Source of the DNA: Camelus ferus
Lineage: Eukaryota
Assembly (NCBI RefSeq): GCF_009834535.1
Contig: NC_045696.1
Location: 50,842,001-50,906,000, forward strand
Length of the DNA stretch: 64,000 nt
Direction of reading: 5' to 3'
The notes below the pieces were generated by a model. The model made no database searches. It saw only the letters and a program-made list of their open reading frames with translations, and was not told where the DNA came from. The position numbers were made by a program, and so were the translations under genes. Shown here piece after piece: positions 53,401-64,000 of the stretch (positions are counted from its first letter, which is position 1; each line of letters begins with the position of its first letter).

Positions 53401-56400
53401 AAATGGACAAAAAACAGGAAGAAATAAAACAAGAATTAATTAAGCTGAGGAAAGAAATTGAAGAAAAATTATGTCAGAAATAAAAATTAAACAACATGTC
53501 CACTGAAGAAGTGTTAAACAAACATTACTAAGCAATATTGAAGAATTACAGAAAAACAACAAAAAGAATAATAAGGAGAATAAAAAGGGTTAGAGAGAAA
53601 GTGCTTGAAGTGAAAAACAGAAATCTTTTACTTATATAAAAGGAGTCTCTGAAAAAGTAAAACAAAAACAGTATTTTAGAACTAAATATATATATGTATA
53701 TTTAAATAGTTTGTATGTATATAAAAAAGGGCAACCTGGGTTGGGAAAGGAAAAACTGACCTGGAAAGGTAAACTCCAAGACATAGCTTAGCAATATTTA
53801 AATTTTAAAGACAAAATAAATTTTAAAGATAATGGAAATCAAGTCACTGGACAAAAATGCCAAATCATAAGGGCAAGAAAATTATCCTAGCATCAGACTT
53901 CTAAAAAACAACATTCAAGGCAAACCAAGAGTGGAGTAGCATTTTCAGGAAAGTTAAGGAAACAAAAAGGAATCAAAGACACCAAAAGCACAAGCAAAAA
54001 ACCAAAAATAAATTAAGTGGAACTACATGAAACTAAAAGCTTCGGCACAGCAAGAGAATCAATCAACAAAATGAAAAGGCAACCTGTGGGATGGGAGAAA
54101 ATATCTGCATATCATATATTTAATAAGGGGCTAATATCAAAAATCTATAAAGAAGTCATACAACTTGATGGTAAAAAAACCAAACAATCCAATTTTTAAA
54201 ATGGGTAGAGGAACTTAATAGACATTTTTCCAAAGATGACATACAAATCCAACAGGTATATGAAAAGGTACTTAATATCACTAATCATCAGGGAAAAATG
54301 CAAATCAAAACCACAATGAGATATATCCTTACACCTGCCTAAATGGCCATCATCAAAAAGTCAAGAGATAACAAGTGTTGACAAGGATGTGGAAAAAGGG
54401 AACACTTGTGCACTATTGGTGGGAAATTTAATTGGTACAGGCACGATGGAAAACAGTGTGGAGGTCCCTCAAAAAATTAAAAATGTAACTAACCTATGAT
54501 CCAGGATTCCCACTTCTGGGTATATCTTCTGGGTATATATCCAAAGGAAATGAAAATAGGACATCAAAGAGATATCTGCACACCCTTGTTTACTCCAGCA
54601 TTATTCACAATAACTAAGATATATCCACAACCTAAGTGTGTGCCAATAGATGAATGGATAAAGAAGATGTGATATATACATAAGTATATATACACAATGC
54701 AATATTATTCAGCAATGAGAAAGAAGGAAATCCTGCCATTTGTGACAATTGTGGATAAACCTGGAGGGCATTATGCTGAGAAAAAGAAGTCAGAGAAAGA
54801 CAAATACTGTATGGTATCACTTATAGGAGGAATCTTAAAAAAAAAAGAAAAAAAAAGCTGAACTCATAGAAACAGAGTTGAGTAGTGGTTGCCAGGGGCT
54901 GGGAGGTGGGAGAAATGCGAAGATGGTAAAAGGGTACAAATTTCCAGCTACAAGATGATTAATTTATGTACAGCATAGTGATTGTAGCTAATAATATTGT
55001 ATTATATATTTGGAAGTTGCTAAGTGAGAAGATCTTAAATGTTTCACCACAAAAAAGGTAACTATACGATGTGATGGAGGTATAACTGCTGTGATGGCAA
55101 CCATGTTGCAATATGTAAGTGTATTAAACCAAAATGTTGTACACCTTAAACTTATACAATATTATATGTCAATTATATCTCAATAAAACTGCAGGGGGAA
55201 AAAGAAATGGCCTTGGAAAAAAGCATTGTAGGTCTTTATGCCATATATACATACGTGTCTGCATTTGTGTTTGACTGAGAGTTTAGAGAATTATCCAACT
55301 CATTCTCACTTTCTTCTGACTGGCTGGTAACAGTTCCTTCTTCTTTGTCATCATCAACTTCATTAAGAGCCTTTCTCAACACAACAATAAAGTAACATCA
55401 TAAGTTGGTTATATATACACTCATCCTTTCCTTTTGTCATAACAAGAGAGATCCTTCCTTCTAGGGCTAATTCCTCCCCATGTGTTCTAGAACCCAAACG
55501 CTCTTACCTCCTTCTAGTTCACCAATTGCCTCTTTCCTCTCCTGGACCTTTAACCTCTCCTTACTGGCTTCAGCTCATCCACATTTAAATGTAAGTCTCT
55601 CCCATCTTATCCTGACCCTAAATTTGTCTGAAGCTACCATCTATCTTCTCTCTTTGCATCATAAACTTCTTGAAAGAGCTGTCCCCTACTTCTCATCCAC
55701 CATCTATGCCCTGAAACTCTGCTTCTGCCCTGCCATTAAATTTAAACTGACAAGGTCAACATCAACACACTTGTTCCCAAATCAAATGGGTATTTCTGAC
55801 TTTGCCTTCCCTTACCTCTGACTCATTAGACACCAGTGACCACTCATTTCTTTCCTTCAAAATCTTCTTTATAAACTTTTCTTTTTCATTTCTATCATAT
55901 TGCATTTTCTTGGTTTTTCCTCTTCTTTTGACCATTCCTTCCCAATCTCCTTTATTGGTTCTTTCTCTACCCTCCCCTTATAGTTGATATCACTCAAGGT
56001 TTTCCCTTTGGATCTTTTCTCCTCTCATCTGACTCATTTTCTGTATGATTGTATCTTATTCCAAAGCTTCAACTACACGCCAAATGCTGTTGATTTCCAA
56101 ATCTCTATCTTCATCCAGATCTCTCCTGAGCCCTCAACATTCATATCCATCTGCCTAAAAGATATCCGTAGAACATCTTACTCCACATGTCTGAAATTTA
56201 TCATTTTCCTAAGCCTCTCCTATCATTCTTCCACAAACCTCATTCTTGCCATATTACCAAGATGATGAACAGCATCACCCTCTACTCAAGATTCTCAAGC
56301 CAGCAAACTGGAAATTATCCTTCTCTTTCATCCATCACATCCCATCAGTCACCTAATCCTGTCAATTCTACCCCTTTTTAAAATCTCTCAAATCTATCCC

Positions 56401-59400
56401 TCTTCCCCTTTACCTACTTCCTGTCAGTCCTCACCACTTCTCACTAAGATTCCAACCTGAGTCTTCTGTAACCAGATTCTCTAACCAGTCTTGTCCCTCC
56501 CCAGTTCGTCTCCCACACTACTGCCAATTTCACTATGACTGCTTTAGTGGCTCTACTTTTACTTTCTGATTCCTTAGCCCTTCATGACCCAGCTCTTCCC
56601 TGTCTCTCCAACCCTGGCTCTTGCCACTTCCCCACCCTCATCATAGAGACCATGATCATCCGAAACCTAATTTTTTAATAAGTATCAAAACATAAATGGT
56701 TTCTGGCTAGGGATACAGCTAATGGGTTTTGGCTATTTAAAATATGTGTAACATTCTACTTAATTGCCCTTATAAGTAGAAAACAATATACTAATACAAT
56801 TCTGGACCTTGTGATTCCCTAGGATCATCTAACTGATGTCTCCTTTTCTTCAGAGAAGATACAAATAACTTAAGAAATTATATTAAATAGGTCCTAAGTC
56901 CTAGTCATTTATAAAAAGTTGATTTATTTTAATATTAAATTCTTCATAGACTTTTAAAAAATGTTTCCTATCTCAAAATTCTAAACATTTTGATTAAGAG
57001 TTCCAATTAGGTTAAAATATAGGTAATTAATGTTTTACTACTGTACTTTTCCCATGTAATTAGTCAATAAATTCCAAGTTTCTTGGGTAGCTGCTTTTTA
57101 AACACACTAATACATTAGAAGGGACTAAGATTTAATAAAGAACTAGTATCTGGTATTATGCTAGGCATTTTACATAACCTACCTTGGTGGATCCTCACAA
57201 TGACCGTAGCCTGTATATTCTATTCCCATTTAATAAAAAACAGTTTAAGCCGACTCAGATACCTTGAAAAATCAACTCAATATCAAACTGCTAGTATGTA
57301 ACACAGATTCATTCACCTGACTCAAAGTGGAAGTGGATAGACTCTCTTTTCCATATTTGTAGATGGTGCCACAGTATTATGGAACCAGACAGCCTCAATT
57401 TGAATGCCGTCTCTGACACTAACTAGCTTTGTGATCTTGCACAAGTCATTTAATTTTTCTAAGCCTCAGTTTTTTCATCTACTAAATGGGGATAATAATA
57501 GTAACTATCTCCTAGGTAAGTACTCAATAAATGTTAGTTATTATTATCCAGTCCTATCTTGTTTAGTACAAGCATTATTCACAGAAAGTACAACATGCTT
57601 GAGTAAGAACAATTCTAGCAACCACAACTTGGTATTTATTGATACTAAAGCTTTTCGAATGTTTACCACAATGCCCATCTACATCAACTTAAACTTAATT
57701 TCAGCATGAGCACTTATGGCTGTGTGCAAAGCACATTACCTGAGGCTCTACGACAGATTCGCTAAGGATAGCCTGGGTGACTGGATCTTGATTTACCACA
57801 ATGGGACCTTGAGAGGAATCAGGAGCCATCGTTACATTTGGAAACCCTGCAGAAGGAAAATAAGTCATGATGATTTTGTTTCATTTAATTCAATTGACTT
57901 CACACGCACTAAACACTGCCATAGGTTTGAATCATCATGAAAATCTTAATCATAATCATAATCATAATAATAGCAAGTCACACTTACATAGTGCTTACTA
58001 TATGTAAGGCACTGTTCTAAACACGTTCACACAAATTAAATTGTTTCACCCTCACAAAATCCTACGAGGTTGTTACTATAAGTGTTTTACATATGGGAAA
58101 ACTGAAACTCAGAGACATGAAGTAACTGGCTGGCACAGAGTCAAACTAGTGAGTGGCCAAGCCAGGATTCAAACCTTAAACTGAAAACTAATGATCTGTT
58201 TTCAGGGATTAAGATAAACAATAGATTATATACACATTAAAGTGAATAATGTGTATCTCACAAAAGGAAAAGTTCCCCTGAGAGAGAGACTGAGGTTGCT
58301 TTAAGTTTCAGACTAAGCTTTACTCAAATTATATACAAAACAGATACTTTAATTATATGGTAATTTAATATTAATAATCTGAAATTAAGTCTTATTTTAA
58401 ATTATGATCTTATATATTTCACCATAAAATATCTTAGTAAATAAAGTTACCTTTCCTTAGCTGAGTAATTTGTAATAGTTAATATTCTTAGTGAAAAGCA
58501 AATAAATTATAATAAATCTATGCCTAACAACTCTTGCATGCTATCCGCTCTAGAATACACATAATATAAATAATACGATGCCTGAAAAAAGATTTTAAAT
58601 TCTTCCAAATAGCCAGGTATGGACTATGGTTTATAAGATAAAGAAGCTTTTGTTTGATTTGAATACTTCACCTGTGCGCCTACGAGGAAAATCAACAAAT
58701 AGATCTTTTGCTGTAGCCATCAAACGATCAGTTTTTTCCAATACATCCTGCATCTGGTATTGATCAGAAAGAATCTAGACATATGTTAATGATAAATATT
58801 GTTCAGAAATATATATATATACACACACACACACACATAAATACTTAACAAATCACAAAGGAAAAGTCTCTATAAAGGCGGGAGCATAAAAATAACCTAA
58901 AGTCCTTCCGTGGCAATATCTTTAAGTACCAGTAGATGGGGCTATTACAATAATAAGTGGATTCCAAATGCTTGCCTTAGATCCAAAGAATTATTAAATT
59001 ATGACCCAGTCCACACACAAACATAAAGATAGATACACACCAAAATAAAAGTTTTGCTTAATCTTACTCTTTGAGAACCACTCTGATATTTTCTTTTTAG
59101 TTTCTGTCCTATTTTTTCAAATGATGGTTGCAACCCATTAACTTGATTTTACAATCCACTAACAAGTTGTGATCCACAGTTTGAAAAACATTGATTAAAG
59201 ATATGAATCTCGGAGCCATAAACTCAGAGATGTGAATCTTTGGTATTACAACCATTAACTGATTTCATAGTTCACCAGTGGATCATGACCCACAACTTAA
59301 AAAACATGTGGTGAGGTTTGAGTTTGAAGACATTAAACAAAAAAAAATGATGCTTCTGCATTTATAAACAAGCTCAGTTTTTATCCTGGAGAGATGAGAA

Positions 59401-62400
59401 CTCAAAAAATACCATTACAGTGGTGCCTCTGACTATGCACTTTCAACTTAGAACTTGCTTAATTACAGTAAGGACAGACACATAGGCTGGAGTAAAAGCA
59501 AGTTAACTCCATCCACCACCACTAGAAGGCACTCTTAGGATGGAAAGAATCTCAGAATTGGAAACTGCCCAGTTTGCAACACTGACTGAAATCAAAACAT
59601 CTAGTAACAAATGCTCTTACTGGAATTTCTCTAGACCATGGAAACAAATATATAGTATGACCTCAGTTATTGTTTTAGGATGTGAAGAAAAATAACGAGA
59701 GTCACATTTGACTTTTTCTCCTTCTCCCCTGCTAAAGCCAAGCAGGTTAGCTGGCTCAGTAAGTGAGAAGTCCTGAATTTGTTCCTTCCACAAAGAGTAA
59801 ACTTTGGAATGGCGTATGGCAAAGAGCACATCTGAAACCAGAAGACTGGCATCCTAGGTCTGGTCAAGACACGCTAAGCAAAATCCAACCTCTTTAAATT
59901 TAGTTTCCCAATCTCCCGATATGTAAATGAAGATACAACTACCTCCCAGCCCACAGGGGTGTTATAAGGTTGTGGACTGAAAATCTGCATACAACTCTAT
60001 AAATATTTGAGAATGTACAACTTAAATTTCCATCCCTGGTTAGAAGCCATCATGCAGTACACCAATTAGAGCTTAGGAAAGAAAGTAAATGAGCATTATA
60101 ATCTATTATTTATACTAGAAAAATTACACAAAATATATTTCCTGATGGCAGGTTTAAGAGTTCACCATTTTTTTTTTTAAAAAAAAGGCTTGACCTCCTA
60201 TCAAAATAAAGAGATACAAATTGACAGAAGCAGATTGTGGAGGAATAATTTTATCATATGAAGACTGGGTATTAATTATAATGAGGTCTCCAGTAAAGCC
60301 ACTGCCCTGCAGCCCTCTGCTAGCCTCTGTCCAGGCTCTTTGGAGCAGATGGTTTGAGTGGCCAGAGGTCAGTGCATTGGCTTTCCCTCGTTCTTTGTAG
60401 ATTTCTTTACTACTCCTCTGTGCGAGAACTCATCGTCATGACAGGTAAATCAATCTGTGTACATATTGTTTCTCCAGATGGGTTTGTAGAGCACAAAGCC
60501 AAACTTATGAATAGTAGAACACATCTTGGATTTTCAAAAGATCAGTCAAGGTCCCTTCAAAAACACTATTGGAAACTTCTCATGCTAGCAGTTTTGCTCT
60601 CTGGTAATAAAAACCAGACAGAATTGGGAAAGTACAGAGACTAGGTTAGTAATTATACTTTAAGAATTTATAAAATCTTATCAAAGCCCCCCTTTCTCTG
60701 ATTTGGATGTGAACTATTATTTGCTTGATTCCCATGGCATGAGTGTATCATACTAGCAAATGAAATACAAGACTTTGCGGGTCAAAGAGCCTTTCTCTTA
60801 ATTTACGTTAATTGAGGAGCCCAGCTTCTGGGGGATGGGTCCTGATAGCTCTAGCCCATATTGATAAGGACCGAGGTGGATATGCCCAAAGAGGCCTCTT
60901 CCGTTGGTCCCCACACTCCCTTATCAGAGACATTACAGATTTAGCAATATTGACACAATAGATGTATGCATCCTTTGACTCAGCAATTCCACTTTTAAGT
61001 GTTTATCCTACAAATATATTAATACATGTACTCAAAAACATTTCAAGGATATTCATGACATTATTTATAATGACAAGGCAGGAAATAATCTGTGGGTGGC
61101 AGACACTGCTACTTACCCACCAATATCCTTTCCATTTTCCCTGTAACAGTAGAATTCCCAAGTTAGTCAAGTACATAGCTAATTTGCCAAATACCCTTGC
61201 AGGTAAGAATGGTCATGTTCTGAACTTCTGGACAAAGGGACAGCAGCAGAGCTTCTGGGTGGTGTGTAAAAGGAGTAGCACGCATTCTCCTTCCCATTCA
61301 TGCTGCCTGGAATACAGCTGAAGGAAGCTGGAACAGCCATTTGTACTCAGACACGGAAGTCCTGTAATAAAGGACCAGAGAGCCCCCTACCAACTACCAT
61401 GGACCTCCAAGCTGTACCATAAGAGAGGAATCCATTTCTATTTTGTTTCAACCACTATGTTTGGGGGTCTTTTTGTCCAGGTGCTTATACTATACTCTAA
61501 TACACATCCTAAATGTCCACCAGTAAAGCACTGAATAAATAAACTGTGCTACATTCGTATACTATATGGCTACTAAAAAGAAAAGTAGATTTCTAAATAC
61601 TGACATGGCATAACCTTCAAGAAATGTTGTTAAATGGAAATGCCTGAATCCCGCTAACAGCAGAGGTTCTCAGCTCCAACAAAATACTAAAATTACATAG
61701 CAACTGTCTAAAAAAATACCTAAGTGGAGTCACATCCCAGGTCCACTGAATCAGATATCTAAGTATAAATACGGCTGAGTCCAGAGACTGGTTTTTTAAT
61801 GGAAATTAGTCAGTCAGGGTTGAGAAACACTACACTAGAGCAGGAGGAAGCGGCATTACCAAAGGAAGGCAGAGAAATTTCACTCTCTCCCCCTCACTAC
61901 TCTTCTTCAACCCCTAATTCTACAACATCTACTACATACAAGGTATAAGAAATTCAAGACATGAGCAGGGACCACTAGGGAGGGGAAACAAAAGCCCAGA
62001 GTCACCTCAAAGGGGCCTCCTCTTTCCCTGACCAGATCTGTGTTCTTAGGTCTTTCCCTGAGAATTACTACATAACATTTAAATGTACGTGACTTGTCTA
62101 AGATCACCAAAAGATATACACCTCTAAGGAACATCCTCTCTCAACCCACTGTTCTTTCTATAAACTCATGTAAACATTTATTTCACAGATATAATTCTTC
62201 CTAGTGATACATAAGGTCAAGATTTTCATATTTCACTAAGAAGCCTGATGAATTCCTCAAAAGACAGAGTGTCACTTAAAGCTACAGTAGAAGGTCACCC
62301 AGACAGCCAAGTGCAATAACCTTCAACACCGAATAGGAAGCAGCACTGAGCAAGAAAAAAAAAGGACATTTCTTTTATATTGATTTCAGCCCAAATAAAA

Positions 62401-63315
62401 GGTTTTTTTTGCTGTAGTTTCCTCTTATTTCCCATATTGTTTATTCTGATTACTTATTCAAACACCTCCATCCAGCAAGAGATTAAGCCAAAGACAAGTG
62501 GCTTACTAACTTCTTAGACAAGCACACAACATTATTTTTTTTTTTTTGGTAAAGTAGTCTAACAGCATGGCTATTAGAACTGAGAAAAATATTTATAGCA
62601 ACTTATATATATATATATATATAAATATTATATATATGCCATATATATATGTGGCACTAATTATGTGCCAAAGACTATGTTCATCACTATATTAGTATTT
62701 TATCACTGAATTCTCAAAACAATACAATCAGGCAAATAGTATTATTCCAGTTTTAAAGATCAGAAAATTCAGGCTGAGAGGGGAGGGTATAGCTCAGTGG
62801 TAGAGCACATGCTTAGCATGCATGAGGTCCTGGGTTCAATCTCCAGTACCTCCATTAAATAATAAATAAACAAACAAATAAACCTAATTACCCCGCTCAA
62901 AAAAAAAAAAAAAAAAAAAGGAAAAAGAAAACTCAGGCTGAGAAGTTAATTTAAGGTCATGTGGCTAATAAGCTGTAGGGCAGGAATTCAAAGCACCAGA
63001 CTAGACTCTAATTGTCACTCTTCCTTTCTTCGAAAGTCCATATGTGGATAGTTGAATGAGGACACAATAATAACTAGAGTCTCTCCAATGTGAATCAAAT
63101 ATGGAGGGAAAGAGAGAAACCTACTTATCCCTTCTTTTCCTAACTCTACAGATAATGCAGTTTAGCATTACCTCCTTCATGATAGACAATCTCCTTTTCT
63201 CAAGATTAGAAATTTCTGGTTTCTGCTTCTTCCATTTTCTCTTCAAAGCTTTTTCTTGGAGCTCCCAGTGTACTAATGCTCTATTCTTCGATTTGTGTAT
63301 TTCATGACGACGTAT
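26989..63315 (-). CDS. SPICE1: SPICE1/CCDC52 (spindle and centriole associated protein 1), 15 coding exons, 2424 nt including stop; N-terminal exons lie beyond the right edge
   Basis: Spliced translation from [28 protein letters not shown]... through [26 protein letters not shown]... to ...[16 protein letters not shown] matches recalled SPICE1; all 14 introns are GT-AG with consistent phases. Confidence 0.96.
28261..28348 (-). CDS. SPICE1: SPICE1 exon (88 nt)
   Basis: TAG|A TCT TCA GGG ([29 protein letters not shown]) AAG|GTATAT. Confidence 0.9.
29092..29194 (-). CDS. SPICE1: SPICE1 exon (103 nt)
   Basis: TAG|AA GGA GGA AGG ([35 protein letters not shown]) AG|GTAGGG. Confidence 0.9.
31399..31582 (-). 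CDS. SPICE1: SPICE1 exon (184 nt), coiled coil
   Basis: AAG|ACT TTT CCA...[28 protein letters not shown]...AWT G|GTTAGT; ORF 31394..31609. Confidence 0.92.
33769..34256 (-). CDS. SPICE1: SPICE1 large exon (488 nt)
   Basis: CAG|TG TTG AGG AGG...[19 protein letters not shown]...ACC GCT|GTGAGT; ORF 33754..34257. Confidence 0.93.
34550..35610. mobile_element. L2 fragment
   Basis: Purine-rich degenerate L2 motifs (aggccagtctagctacagca; ggagaccagtaagcaactgtag...gatgatggtagcttt; caggaggtcatctgggctaagat). Confidence 0.6.
36021..36216. repeat. Compound microsatellite A16-(GAAA)-(GGGA)-(GA)n-(GAAA)n-(GCCA)9
   Basis: Read directly from the sequence. Confidence 0.95.
36400..37150 (+). mobile_element. 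Ancient L1/HAL1 ORF1-like remnant
   Basis: A-rich; ggatcctaaaagcttctacagagaaaaagaaggtca...gaactagaattctacttctagccaaattatcagttaagtgt. Confidence 0.55.
37959..38011 (+). mobile_element. 53-bp L1 3' tail with a perfect 13-bp TSD
   Basis: TSD aagggagagtctg at 37946-37958 and 38012-38024; insert matches the L1 tail at ~52351-52400. Confidence 0.88.
38138..38214 (-). mobile_element. Mini L1 insertion with 5' inversion and a 15-bp TSD
   Basis: TSD taaaaataattgctt at 38123-38137 and 38215-38229; polyT plus antisense tail, then a sense-strand 3'UTR piece. Confidence 0.75.
38365..38414. repeat. (TA)25 microsatellite
   Basis: Read directly from the sequence. Confidence 0.95.
38497..38725. mobile_element. 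MER3/MER33-like hAT MITE
   Basis: tgtccaacatagtagctgctggtcatatgtggctatt...cacatttcaagttctcagcagcc...gtggctaccatattg. Confidence 0.7.
40434..40658 (-). CDS. SPICE1: SPICE1 exon (225 nt)
   Basis: CAG|AG GGT CCA ([16 protein letters not shown]...[18 protein letters not shown]) G|GTGAGC; ORF 40354..40704. Confidence 0.92.
40855..40959 (-). mobile_element. tRNA-derived SINE (Vic-1-like)
   Basis: polyT, then atggagggactggggattgaacccaggacctc...gctaagcacgtgctctacccgtgagctat. Confidence 0.8.
41729..41873 (-). CDS. SPICE1: SPICE1 exon (145 nt)
   Basis: GAG|GCG AGA CTT ([26 protein letters not shown]...DSP) G|GTGAGT. Confidence 0.9.
42343..42560. mobile_element. Tigger2-derived MITE
   Basis: TIR-like ends agtcgacacttgaacaac / tgttcaagggacaactg flanked by TA; aaaaaatccacatgtaagtgaaccagcacagttcaaac. 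Confidence 0.75.
42690..44220. mobile_element. L2 fragments interrupted by a hAT-like DNA element (~43070-43610)
   Basis: Pyrimidine-rich L2 motifs (catccaacccatcagcaaatcc; ctttgctcaaacgtctcctcctcag; aagctccatgagggccaga...gtgctcagtaaagatttgttgaa) on both sides of an unrelated block. Confidence 0.6.
44230..44762 (+). mobile_element. L1MB-like 3' end
   Basis: cccaagagaattgaaaacatatgttcacaaa...ggttgccaggggctgagg...gaactatacatcaataaaaaa. Confidence 0.82.
45303..45434 (-). CDS. SPICE1: SPICE1 exon (132 nt), coiled coil
   Basis: TAG|AGT GAG CTC ([44 protein letters not shown]) CAG|GTACTC. Confidence 0.92.
46643..46785 (+). mobile_element. tRNA-derived SINE (Vic-1-like) with A-rich tail
   Basis: ggggagggtatagctcagtggcagagtgtatgcctagcatgcatgcggacctgggttcaatccccagtacctcc...taaacctaattacctccc. 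Confidence 0.85.
46996..47249 (-). CDS. SPICE1: SPICE1 exon (254 nt)
   Basis: CAG|TG AAA AAA...[28 protein letters not shown] 46951..47250. Confidence 0.92.
47607..47744 (-). CDS. SPICE1: SPICE1 exon (138 nt)
   Basis: TAG|CT GCT CTG AAT ([15 protein letters not shown]...KQLLNK) G|GTTCCA; phase fits both neighbours. Confidence 0.85.
47952..48094 (-). CDS. SPICE1: SPICE1 exon (143 nt)
   Basis: TAG|A TTT CTC CAG ([29 protein letters not shown]...DRK) G|GTTTGG. Confidence 0.9.
48668..49135 (+). mobile_element. L1MB-like 3' end
   Basis: gccaaaaagtggaaacaacccaaatgtccacc...ggaaatgtccagaataggcaaatccatagag...atatcaataaaactgtt. Confidence 0.82.
49506..51480 (+). mobile_element. MaLR (MLT1C/D-like) provirus: LTR 49506-49980, internal region, partial second LTR from 51217
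   Basis: Both LTRs start t(a/g)tggtag...ctaatccctggaacct...taagttaagg(a/g)(t/a)cttgag; the internal region starts ttttggtacc and ends with the PPT-like ggccagtgggtggac. Confidence 0.82.
52165..52406 (+). mobile_element. Young L1 3' end with a 12-bp TSD
   Basis: TSD aaaagttggaaa at 52153-52164 and 52407-52418; A-rich tail. Confidence 0.88.
52600..53970 (+). mobile_element. Ancient L1/HAL1 5'/ORF1-like remnant
   Basis: Very A-rich degenerate ORF1-like sequence (ctagcatcagacttctaaaaacaacattcaaggc...gtggagtagcattttcagg). Confidence 0.5.
53975..55192 (+). mobile_element. L1MA-like ORF2 3' part and 3'UTR
   Basis: ORF 54017..54199 is ORF2-like ([40 protein letters not shown]); caaatcaaaaccacaatgagata; ends tatatctcaataaaact. 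Confidence 0.88.
55255..55370 (-). CDS. SPICE1: SPICE1 exon (116 nt)
   Basis: AAG|GCT CTT AAT GAA ([38 protein letters not shown]) AC|GTATGT. Confidence 0.88.
55430..56640. mobile_element. L2 fragment
   Basis: Pyrimidine-rich; gatttccaaatctctatcttcatccagatctctcctgagccctc...catcccatcagtcacctaatcctgtcaattctacc. Confidence 0.65.
57130..58175. mobile_element. MIR copies on both sides of the SPICE1 exon at 57740-57846
   Basis: gtgatcttgcacaagtcatttaatttttctaagcctcagtttttt; gtgcttactatatgtaaggcactgttctaa...gccaggattcaaacc. Confidence 0.65.
57740..57846 (-). CDS. SPICE1: SPICE1 exon (107 nt)
   Basis: CAG|GG TTT CCA AAT ([36 protein letters not shown]) CAG|GTAATG. Confidence 0.92.
58672..58774 (-). 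CDS. SPICE1: SPICE1 exon (103 nt)
   Basis: TAG|ATT CTT TCT GAT ([34 protein letters not shown]) G|GTGAAG. Confidence 0.92.
58915..59310. mobile_element. Charlie1-like hAT terminal fragment(s)
   Basis: gttgcaacccattaacttgattttacaatccactaac...ccacagtttgaaaaaca terminal motif, present twice. Confidence 0.55.
62780..62925 (+). mobile_element. Young tRNA-derived SINE (Vic-1-like) inserted in a MIR, 18-bp TSD
   Basis: ggggagggtatagctcagtggtagagcacatgcttagcatgcatgaggtcctgggttcaatc; TSD agaaaa(t/c)tcaggctgaga at 62762-62779 and 62926-62943; long A tail. Confidence 0.9.
63172..63315 (-). CDS. SPICE1: SPICE1 exon (144 nt), most 5' exon in the window
   Basis: TAG|ATA CGT CGT CAT ([48 protein letters not shown]) GAG|GTAATG. 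Confidence 0.93.
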
Positions 63316-64000
63316 CTATATAGAAGAAAAAAATTTACAAGAATATTTCAGAGACAAAGAACTTGCCTATTCAGATGATAGGACCATCTAATGTAGTCTA
63401 TCTTTGAAAATTTTTTCTAGTCCAACATATGTATATTTATATATATTCACAGCCATTTTCACAATCTTCTAAATTTTCAAAAATGATTTACAAAAAGAAG
63501 TATCTAAAACTAGTAGACCTAGCTAAAAGACAAAATGAAAAGAATGTTAATTTCTACTTCTTTTGTACAAGCCTATCCAATAAAGCAGTCTTTTTCAAAC
63601 TGCAGTTGGAGACTTAGTTAATGAGTGGTAAAATAAACTAGTGGATCAAATATTTATAAAATAAAACAAAATATAAAACAGCAAATATTAAGAATACATT
63701 GCACAGAAGAATATGAAAAGTAATATACGTATGTTCATGTATGACTGAAACATTGTGCTATACACCAGAAATTGATATAACATTGTAAATTGGCTATATT
63801 TCAATTTAAGGAAAGGACACACTGCACATAATGAAAGTTGAAAATTGTTTTGTTAAACTTTTCAGTTACATATGTGTGTACATGTACAATTACACACATA
63901 CAACTGACTTGAGTATAACATAAAAGGCACAAAACCCACTGAGTCATCTTTGGCAAAGCCACACCCATTCCATGATATTCACATCACCACCAAGAACTAA

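Noticed and set aside
62780..62853. tRNA-like sequence (also at 6709, 40880 and 46643)
   Set aside because: A tails, TSDs and multiple diverged copies identify them as SINEs, not tRNA genes
1..64000. CRISPR arrays, operons or other prokaryote-type systems
   Set aside because: The sequence is clearly mammalian; no regularly spaced repeat-spacer array or long unspliced gene is present

Overview
This is mammalian genomic DNA, most likely a camelid, judging from four tRNA-derived SINEs of the GGGGAGGGTATAGCTCAG type and the absence of Alu/Bov-A/PRE-type SINEs. Two spliced genes lie head-to-tail on the minus strand. SPICE1 (CCDC52) contributes 15 coding exons (63315 to the stop at 26989; about 807 aa, all phases consistent; 5' exons lie beyond the right edge). 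CFAP44 (WDR52) has its CpG-rich promoter with an RFX X-box at about 21.3 kb, a non-coding exon 1 and six coding exons (15933 to 1228), and continues beyond the left edge. The rest is intron and intergenic sequence filled with L1, L2, MIR, MaLR/ERVL LTRs, DNA transposons and microsatellites. The main observations are: (1) an apparent +1 frameshift with a premature TGA in CFAP44 exon 6, either a real null allele or an assembly homopolymer error; (2) a probable U12-type CFAP44 intron with degenerate signals; (3) a perfect 35-bp inverted repeat inside that intron; (4) several young L1/SINE insertions with intact target-site duplications, including a 5'-inverted mini-L1. I found no convincing evidence for a wholly new biological system. 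Exon numbers and repeat family names come from recall of the human orthologues and consensus repeats, not from a search.
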